From assembly GCA_964601275.1 (NCBI GenBank), contig CAZRMV010000010.1:70999-134998 (forward strand): DNA of 64,000 nucleotides. Direction: 5' to 3'. Origin of the DNA: an uncultured bacterium (GTDB lineage: Bacteria > Krumholzibacteriota > Krumholzibacteriia > JAJRXK01). Positions 58,101-64,000 of this stretch are shown here, piece after piece (position 1 is the stretch's first letter; the number at the start of each line of letters is the position of its first letter). The position numbers and the translations under genes are program-made. Under the pieces are notes generated by a model. The model saw only the letters and a program-made list of their open reading frames with translations. It was not told where the DNA came from and ran no database searches.

Positions 58101-60217
58101 GTCTCTACTGCACCGGATATGCTTCGCCGGTGGTCGAGAACTGTTTCTTCGAGAACAACACGGCGGTCGACGACGGTGGCGGACTCTATGCCTACAACTG
58201 GTCTTCTCCGACAGTACGGAACTGCCGTTTCGTCGGAAACACCGCGGTCGACCGGGGTGGTGGGGCCGTCTTCAGCGTGAACTCCTTTCCCGTGGTCGAG
58301 AACTGCACCTTCCAGTCGAACCAGGCGGTGAATGGTGGCGGTTTGATCTTCGTGTACGCCTACGGCCCGGTCACCAATTGCGTGTTCCAGAGCAATACCG
58401 GGGACTATGGTGGCGCGGTCCAGTGCTATGGGAACGCCCATGCGGACTTCATCGACTGCACTATGAACGACAATGCGGCGGCCCAGGGAGCCTGTGTCTA
58501 CATGCGGGCGAATTCCTCGCCGACCTTCCAGTCATGTATCCTCGCGTTCGGCCGCAACGGTGCGGCATTCGACCGCTACGCGGCCGACTGCAACCCCGTT
58601 CTCAGCTGCACCGATGTCCATGGGAACGCCCTGGGCGATTGGGGGCCGATCATCTCCTCCCAACTGGGGGTCAACGGGAATTTCAACGCCGATCCCCTGT
58701 TCTGTGACCGCGTAGGCGGCAACCTCACTCTCCGGGGCGACTCGCCCTGCGCCGCGGTGAACAATGTCGGATGCGGCCAGGTCGGCGCGTTGGGGGTCGG
58801 GTGCAGCGGAAAGTGGCTGGTTCGGCCGGATGGAACCGGCGACTTCGCCACCATCCAGGAGGCGATCGACGCCGCGGTGGCGGGAGAAACGGTGGTGCTC
58901 GCCGACGGGGTCTTCACCGGCACGGGGAACCGTGACATCGACTTCCGGGGGAAGGAGATCACCGTTCGTTCCCAGAGCGGGGATTCGACCCAGTGCATCA
59001 TCGACTGCCAGGCCAGCGCCACCGATTCGCATCGGGGCTTCGTCATGATCAGCGGGGAGACCAACAATTCGGTCCTGGAGAGAGTCACCATCCGCAACGC
59101 CTACCGGACCTACGGAGCGGCGATGCGGATCGACAACGCTTCCCCCGTGATCCGGGGGGTGATCTTCAGCGGATGCCAAGGAGGCAATGGCGGAGGCATC
59201 CTCATGGGCAATGGCGCCGCTCCGATCATCGAGGACTGCATTTTCGAGAACAACGTCGTCAGCGACGCCGGCGGAGGCATCTACGTGAACGCGAGTTTCC
59301 CCCAGATCTCCCGTTGCGTCTTCCGGGGCAACAGCGCCACCTGGGGGGGAGGAGCGGTCTACCATCAGCATGCGGCGCCGAATTTCGCCGATTGCCACTT
59401 CGAGAACAACAGTTCCGAGCACTGGGGAGGGGCGGTCCACAACCGGTATTCCGAGAGCGCGCCCCACTTCAACAACTGCCTGTTCACCGGGAATACGGCT
59501 CCCCAGGGAGGAGCGGTCTACGGGCGGGATGGAAGCTATCCCTCGTTCACGGCCTGCACCTTCAGCGGCAACTCTTCGGCGGACGGTTCCGCCTTCCACC
59601 TGCGGTCCGCGTCCGGAGTCTCGATCATCCGCTCGATCCTGGCCTTCGCCCCTGAGGGCGCGGCATTGACCAGCGACGGGACGGCGACGGTGCAGATCTA
59701 TTGCTCAGACGTCTACGGCAACGCCGGAGGCGACTGGATCGGGGATCTCGGGGGGCAGTTGGGCAGCAACAACAACTTCTCGTTGAACCCGTCGTTCTGC
59801 GACCAGTACGCCGGCGATTTCACCCTGGCCAGCAACTCACCCTGTCTTCCGGTCCACAACCCGTGCAATCTGCAGGTGGGGGCCTTCGGCCAGGGTTGTG
59901 TCGCAACCGAGGTGCCGGAGACCCCCCGGCGCGTTCCGAGCGAGCTCGTGCTCGAGCCGAACGTCCCCAACCCCTTCAATCCACGGACGACGATCTTCTT
60001 CTCGGTTCCGGACGAGGGGGACGTGAAGGTGTCGATCTACGGGATCGACGGCCGCCGAATCACCACTCTGCTGACCGGGGTCGTGGGACCGGGCCGCCAC
60101 CAGGTGGTGTGGACCGGGACCGACGATCAAGGTCGGCAGGTCGCTTCGGGAGTCTACCTGGTGCGGGTCGAAGCAAAGGGGGAGTCCAGGGTGCGCAAGC
60201 TCGCCCTGGTCCGGTGA
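55178..60217 (+). CDS. Large secreted protein: CARDB x3, three parallel beta-helix modules, FlgD-Ig CTD
   Basis: Signal peptide; PDLVV/PDLVI/PNLVI...E..E.NN repeats; three modules starting ADGSG/PDGTG..TIQ.AI; PNVPNPFNP...WTGTDDQG...SGVY. Confidence 0.88.
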   Translation: MSRTRHALWILSFVLFLVVNAPGAHAQQLSPEYCVANTVLPWGYQAWQSQRTWMGIAVSPQNPAQSVYLEVLQGNSFADTTAYSPPVVSTYSNGTNFLLKDFATASDQWTLAKAWNPGLGNLGHTVEWDPGQGALVAGTAPTYNYGGLAGGCGMIRVFKVALTAGETYHFHLTSTQTNDDVRMGLFWSGSLPDGWVTRSDALFERPADPSGSTAYESFTATHTGNHALVVFVNDLTAAGGQYTVSFEPYTAPPNQPDLVVTSILPVTATQGTVVTATIQVANQGTADAAACVTEVTLDGSVTCATITTPALAAGTSTSIQCVLGTPALGAHTIGATVDPTNVVNEADETNNFHSNTLNILSPSLPDLVITRVMPDTAVPNQPVWVSVVVYNNGSLDAPACTTLYSVDNGAVTVSIATPAIPAGGNTIVSDFLPALSEGTHAVVATVDNGNVVTEANESNNSLAHTIVAQGPNLVIDSISPTTVYGNAAPNFQIVVKNTGTVDTGDTYTRLQVDGADECTSIATGPVPAGGTLTVTCPGSTLTPGTHTVTAIADVSRRELESDETDNTLTVTVEMIPTSTVVYADGSGYYATIQEAIDAMPAGGEILLVGGTVYSGPGNRDLDFGGKDLSIVAAFGGGATIDCGGDPAQAHRAFNFHSGETNAARVQGLIIINGWYEYGAGGGILITDAEPTIQDCLIRNCTADVGGALAFSSSASYYHPQIVGCTIVGNHGNTLAAAVYLEKNSAPVFTRCLITGNSSYYGPVSCDPYLGTPQPVFTCSDIWGNNGGDWTDCISGQLGVDNNFSQDPLFCDPANNVYTLASNSPCSSTVNGTCSRIGAYDAACGPLGGTIRHVKADGSGEYLTIQHAINNSVDGDIIELADGVYVGTGNTDVNTLGLKIVIRSASGDSSACRIDAQNAHRGFVFDHGETPETTIQGIGVVNGSNANGAAIYCQGSSPTLLNLYLSGNNASGDGGGLYCTGYASPVVENCFFENNTAVDDGGGLYAYNWSSPTVRNCRFVGNTAVDRGGGAVFSVNSFPVVENCTFQSNQAVNGGGLIFVYAYGPVTNCVFQSNTGDYGGAVQCYGNAHADFIDCTMNDNAAAQGACVYMRANSSPTFQSCILAFGRNGAAFDRYAADCNPVLSCTDVHGNALGDWGPIISSQLGVNGNFNADPLFCDRVGGNLTLRGDSPCAAVNNVGCGQVGALGVGCSGKWLVRPDGTGDFATIQEAIDAAVAGETVVLADGVFTGTGNRDIDFRGKEITVRSQSGDSTQCIIDCQASATDSHRGFVMISGETNNSVLERVTIRNAYRTYGAAMRIDNASPVIRGVIFSGCQGGNGGGILMGNGAAPIIEDCIFENNVVSDAGGGIYVNASFPQISRCVFRGNSATWGGGAVYHQHAAPNFADCHFENNSSEHWGGAVHNRYSESAPHFNNCLFTGNTAPQGGAVYGRDGSYPSFTACTFSGNSSADGSAFHLRSASGVSIIRSILAFAPEGAALTSDGTATVQIYCSDVYGNAGGDWIGDLGGQLGSNNNFSLNPSFCDQYAGDFTLASNSPCLPVHNPCNLQVGAFGQGCVATEVPETPRRVPSELVLEPNVPNPFNPRTTIFFSVPDEGDVKVSIYGIDGRRITTLLTGVVGPGRHQVVWTGTDDQGRQVASGVYLVRVEAKGESRVRKLALVR

Positions 60218-60253
60218 GTCGGGTCGAACCGGCTGCCGAACCGCGATGCCTTG

Positions 60254-60283
60254 TCGAGCCCCGGGCGCATGCCCGGGGCTCGA
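60254..60283. terminator. Perfect 13-bp hairpin between convergent genes
   Basis: TCGAGCCCCGGGC-GCAT-GCCCGGGGCTCGA. Confidence 0.65.
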
Positions 60284-60353
60284 GCAATCCAACGAGCATC
60301 GTTCCACATTTGACAGTCACCGGTGGCCGGGAAGGTCTTGACGGGGGTGGCCG

Positions 60354-61292
60354 TCACTTTCCTTCCACGTTCTTGAGATACCGGTAGAAATCACCCTCGG
60401 TCGAAAGCAACAGGAGGGTCTGGGCGTCGATGGTGTTCTCGTAGCTCTTCATCGTCTGCAGGAACTCGAAGAAGCTGCGGGATTCATCGGAACGATCATA
60501 GGCCCTCGCGTAGATCGTGGTGGCCTCGGCGTCGGCCCGGCCCTTGATCTCCTGGGCCTTGCGGTAGGCCTCCGATCGGATCCGCAGCAGCTCACGGTCC
60601 TTCTCTCCGCGGATGCGGGACGCTTCTCCTTCGCCTTCACTGCGGAAGCGGTCCGCAATACGTTTCCGCTCGGCGATCATCCTCTCGTAGACCTTCTTCT
60701 GGACCTGTTCGACGTAATTGATGCGCTTGAATTCGACGTCGAGGATCTCGATGCCCAGGTCCTGGGTTCGCGACCGGGCGTTCTTGAGCACCTCGTTGCG
60801 CACGGTATCGCGCCCGTAGGTGATCGGCGCCAAACGATTCTGGTCCTCCGGAAGGGTGTTCCCCTCGTTGGGAGTCCGATTGGTGCTGCGAACGACTTCG
60901 ACCAGGTCGTACTTGGCGATGGCGTTGCGGGTCTCGCCGTCGAGGATGTCATCGAGCCGGGTCTGTGCACCCCGCTCATCGCGGAGACGTTGGAAGTAGA
61001 GGAGTGGATCGGTGATGCGCCACCGCGCGTAGGTATCCACCCAGATGAATCGCTTGTCCTTGGTGGGGAGCTGGTTCGCATCGCCGTCCCACTCGAGGAA
61101 ACGTTTCTCGAAGCGGTGGACCTTCTGGATGAAGGGAATCTTCAACTTGAGTCCGGGGGTGTTGATCGGGTCACCGACCGGCTTGCCGAACTGGGTGATG
61201 ATCACCTGTTCGTACTCCCTGACCGTGTAGAACGGGTTGGCGATGGTCAGAACGATGATGGCGGCGATCAAGATGATGATGGGGCGCATCAC
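60354..61292 (-). CDS. hflC: Protease modulator HflC
   Basis: ITQFGKPV, PGLKLKIPFIQ, VYERMIAERKRIA..FRSEG, FFEFL. Confidence 0.93.
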   Translation of the reverse strand: MMRPIIILIAAIIVLTIANPFYTVREYEQVIITQFGKPVGDPINTPGLKLKIPFIQKVHRFEKRFLEWDGDANQLPTKDKRFIWVDTYARWRITDPLLYFQRLRDERGAQTRLDDILDGETRNAIAKYDLVEVVRSTNRTPNEGNTLPEDQNRLAPITYGRDTVRNEVLKNARSRTQDLGIEILDVEFKRINYVEQVQKKVYERMIAERKRIADRFRSEGEGEASRIRGEKDRELLRIRSEAYRKAQEIKGRADAEATTIYARAYDRSDESRSFFEFLQTMKSYENTIDAQTLLLLSTEGDFYRYLKNVEGK

Positions 61293-62302
61293 CGACCACC
61301 TCCTTTCGTGTCGGCCGGGCTCGGGGCGCCGGCCCCTTGCAGGTTCAGGAGAGGAAGGATGCCCTCGATCGCGTCATCGATCACGATCTTGCGTTCCACC
61401 TTGGGCAGGACCCGGTTCATGGTCTCCAGGTAGATGCGCCGACGCGTGACGTCGGGAGCCTTCCGGTATTCCTCGAAGAGGGAAGTGAAACGGGAGGCGT
61501 CACCCTGGGCCCGGTTCACCCGGTCGAGAGCGTAACCCTCGGCTTCCTGGATCGTCTGCTGGGCCTCGCCCTTGGCGCGTGGAATGACCTTGTTGTATTC
61601 GCTCTGAGCGACGTTGATCAACCGCTCCCGCTCCTGCTGGGCCTGGTTGACCTCGTTGAAGGACGACTTGACCGGATCGGGCGGATTGACGTCCTGCAAG
61701 ACGACCTGTTCGATCTTGATGCCGGTTTCGTACTGGTTGCACAGTTCCTGGAGCCGTTTGTCCACTTCCGAAGCCACTTCGGCACGACCCACCGTCAGCA
61801 CTTCATTGACCAGGCGGTCGCCGATGACGCTGCGCATCACCGCCTCACTCATGTCGCGCAGGGTTTCGTCGACATTGCGGACGCGGAAAAGATACTTGTA
61901 GGGTTCGACGATGCGGTACTGGATGACCCATTCCACAACGGCCGCGTTGAGATCGCCGGTGAGCATGTTCGATTCGCCGGCGTAACCGCGCGTGGTGAAC
62001 TGGCTCTTGACCCCGGCGCTGAGAGTGCGAAAGCCGAATTCAGCCTTCAATTGACGCTGGATCGGCACCTTCAGGGCGGTCTCCACCCCGAAAGGAATCT
62101 TGAAGTGGAGACCCGGATCGGCGGTGCGGACGTACTTGCCGAAGCGCAGGACCAAGGCCACCTCTTCCGGATCGACGGTATAGAAACTCGTGGAGAAGAA
62201 GATCAGGGCGAGCAGGATGACCACGATGGTGCGGAAGATGTTGCCCGTGATGGGATTGCGGGGCATCCGGCTCCGGATTTCCTCGAAGACCTCATCGGTC
62301 AT
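61289..62302 (-). CDS. hflK: FtsH protease activity modulator HflK
   Basis: VLRFGKY, PGLHFKIPF, MLTGDLN, LQDVNPPDPV..SFNEV, VTRRRIYLETM. Confidence 0.93.
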   Translation of the reverse strand: MTDEVFEEIRSRMPRNPITGNIFRTIVVILLALIFFSTSFYTVDPEEVALVLRFGKYVRTADPGLHFKIPFGVETALKVPIQRQLKAEFGFRTLSAGVKSQFTTRGYAGESNMLTGDLNAAVVEWVIQYRIVEPYKYLFRVRNVDETLRDMSEAVMRSVIGDRLVNEVLTVGRAEVASEVDKRLQELCNQYETGIKIEQVVLQDVNPPDPVKSSFNEVNQAQQERERLINVAQSEYNKVIPRAKGEAQQTIQEAEGYALDRVNRAQGDASRFTSLFEEYRKAPDVTRRRIYLETMNRVLPKVERKIVIDDAIEGILPLLNLQGAGAPSPADTKGGGR

Positions 62303-62405
62303 GGCGGATTCTCCTTCGAAGCGGTGAGACTCCCCGGGATCTCTTCCTGAGGGAGCGGGCACACGATGAAGGATACAGACGGATCGCCAGAGGCGACACC
62401 GTAAA

Positions 62406-63780
62406 GGTTGTGCCTCGAAGAATGTGCATGGATGCGGAGTGGGCCGAACGGGCTCTCCGGTGTCTGGTATCTGGTGTCCGGGAGGCTCTTCAGGGGGATG
62501 GGGAGGGGCTAATCCGGCGGTTTCAGGCGAGAACGGGGGGGAGGTGGAGAGCCTCCGTGGTGGTTGGCCCTCGTCGCCTTCGATGCTGCGGCACCCCGGT
62601 GGTTTTTCCGGGGAAAGGAGCGTCTCAGAAGGCGTAGCGGAGGTCGTGGGTGCGGTTGTGGGGGATCTCGCGGGTGAAGACCCGCCGGTGGTAGTAGAGC
62701 TTCCAGCGCTCGGGCAGGCGGATCCGGGTGGGGAAGAGTCTCTTGTGGAGGATCCGGGAGAGGGGGAGGCGCTCCTGGCAGATGCCCTTGAGCATGGCGG
62801 CGGTGACCCCGGGTTTCTTCTCGCGTCTCCATTTCATGTAGTTGCGCCAGACCAGCAGGATGGAGAGGCGTTCGGCGCTGCCCTGTCGTCGTTTGCTGAA
62901 GGCGATGGTCTCGCGTTTGTGGTTGGCCTGGCTGTGGCGGATGAGCAGGTCGAGCTCGTTGACCACGAAGAGGGGATTCTGGGGATTGCGGGGTCTTCTG
63001 GAGTGGGTGACCTCGTGGCGGACGGGACAGGGGACGGTCCGCAGGGCCGCGGGGTAGCTGCGGTGCTCGTCGCTGCGGACGAGGGCCCGGGAAGCCTTCT
63101 GGAGGCAGACCCGCAGGAGCTCTCCCATGTCCTTGCGGATGGCCTGGGGATCGGGCCGTCCCACCTTCTCCTCGATCTGCTTCCGCCGCTTCTTCTGGTA
63201 GGAGGTCATCCTTCCCTTGCGCCGCAGCTCGCTGTCGGTGTGGTAGAGCCAGAAGCCGGTCTCCGCCTCGACCGCCAGGTGGTGGTGGATGGGGTGGTAC
63301 TGGCTGTATTCGAAGCTCTCGAAGCCGTCGACGACGAGGGGTCCTTCGGGGGGCCTGCCCTTCCACCGATCCAGATGGAAGAGCATGCAGTGGCGCCCCA
63401 GGCGGGCGATGAGGCGGTGGACCGTCTCGGGACTGCAGCCGAGATCCCGGGCGATCTGGCGGGCGCACATGCAGCCGACCAGGCGCATGAAGACCTCCGG
63501 CAACCGTTCGGGGCACTTCAACCAGTAGTCCACCCGGAAGGTCTGGGAGGAAAAGGTGCGTCCGCAGGTGAGACACTCGTACCGCTGGATGGGACACCGG
63601 ACACCTCGGCGGCGGTAGAAGCCCCGCTTGCGCCAGCGCCAGGAATCCTCGAACTGCTTGTGGTATCGACACTTCGGGTTGGGACAATGGGGAGGCGACC
63701 AACCACCGTGGCCTGCCCTGCTCTCCATGACCCCAGCTCAACGCACTTCCCGTGCCATGCACATTCTTCGAGGCACAACC
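62406..63780 (-). mobile_element. IS1-family insertion sequence, complete copy 2 (1375 bp)
   Basis: Perfect 26-bp IRs GGTTGTGCCTCGAAGAATGTGCATGG at 62406..62431 and 63755..63780; single transposase ORF. Confidence 0.93.
62625..63728 (-). CDS. IS1-family DDE transposase (Zn ribbon, HTH, DDE in one ORF)
   Basis: CPNPKC/CLTC, ARQIARDLGCSPETV, VVDG, SDEHRSY, NELDLLIR...RETIAFSKR. Confidence 0.9.
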   Translation of the reverse strand: MESRAGHGGWSPPHCPNPKCRYHKQFEDSWRWRKRGFYRRRGVRCPIQRYECLTCGRTFSSQTFRVDYWLKCPERLPEVFMRLVGCMCARQIARDLGCSPETVHRLIARLGRHCMLFHLDRWKGRPPEGPLVVDGFESFEYSQYHPIHHHLAVEAETGFWLYHTDSELRRKGRMTSYQKKRRKQIEEKVGRPDPQAIRKDMGELLRVCLQKASRALVRSDEHRSYPAALRTVPCPVRHEVTHSRRPRNPQNPLFVVNELDLLIRHSQANHKRETIAFSKRRQGSAERLSILLVWRNYMKWRREKKPGVTAAMLKGICQERLPLSRILHKRLFPTRIRLPERWKLYYHRRVFTREIPHNRTHDLRYAF

Positions 63781-63782
63781 CT

Positions 63783-63811
63783 TTGACCACCTCCGGATCG
63801 CCTGATAAGGT
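63783..63811 (+). promoter_or_regulatory. sigma70 promoter for the sulfotransferase gene
   Basis: TTGACC-17 nt-TAAGGT with an extended TG, starting 2 bp after the IS end. Confidence 0.5.
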
Positions 63812-63853
63812 GGGAAACTGTCGACACAAGGTCCTCGTCTCCCCGGAAGCAAT

Positions 63854-64000
63854 ATGTTCGATGGTCCCGTCTTCGTGGTGGGCTCCGGCCGCAGTGGCAC
63901 GACCCTGCTCTATCACATGTTGTTGTCCGCGGGGGGCTTCGTGATCTATCGGACCGAGGTCCAGATCTTCGAGACCCTCGCGCCCGCCTACGGAGGATTC
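63854..64000 (+). CDS. Sulfotransferase family protein, 5' fragment (cut by window end; absent from ORF track)
   Basis: MFDGPVFVVGSGRSGTTLLYHML carries the 5'-PSB/PAPS-binding motif. Confidence 0.75.
   Translation, partial: MFDGPVFVVGSGRSGTTLLYHMLLSAGGFVIYRTEVQIFETLAPAYGGF

Noticed and set aside
62540-62585. Inverted similarity between the IS 3' non-coding region and the transposase 5' end (TGGAGAGC...GGTGGTTGG...TCGCCT)
   Set aside because: Short, gapped matches in GC-rich DNA; cannot be distinguished from chance

Overview
High-GC bacterial chromosomal segment. The two secreted proteins with a C-terminal PNPFNP/FlgD-Ig domain and a gingipain-like gene suggest an FCB-related candidate phylum (inference only). 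The window is bracketed by two direct copies of a ~1.4-kb IS1-family element (1..984, cut by the window edge; 62406..63780, complete, perfect 26-bp terminal IRs), with a degenerate solo end at ~41.9 kb. Core genes include pepF, smpB-amidase-GerMN-murI-rph-rdgB, ssb, nth, pcm, iaaA, hflKC, an ABC-2 exporter and four tRNAs (Leu-CAG, Pro-TGG, Arg-TCT, Lys-CTT). Accessory patches hold genes eroded by internal deletions (LpxR-like, PagL-like, YiiX-like, tandem lipoproteins, SatD-DUF3307). Highlights: (1) a signal-peptide multiheme cytochrome that follows the Geobacter OmcS nanowire motif order, keeps the polymerisation His and adds a 7th heme; (2) an ECF sigma / membrane anti-sigma / exported TPR-CHAT protease / 1679-aa secreted protein locus, with an identical GTGTGATT-N15-TGTCCAA motif at the sigma gene start and upstream of the secreted gene; (3) an FG-GAP + D,D-carboxypeptidase + FlgD fusion; (4) a gingipain-like protein lacking its catalytic dyad; (5) a nonaheme lipoprotein with a duplicated triheme module. 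No database searches were run; family calls rest on recalled motifs.
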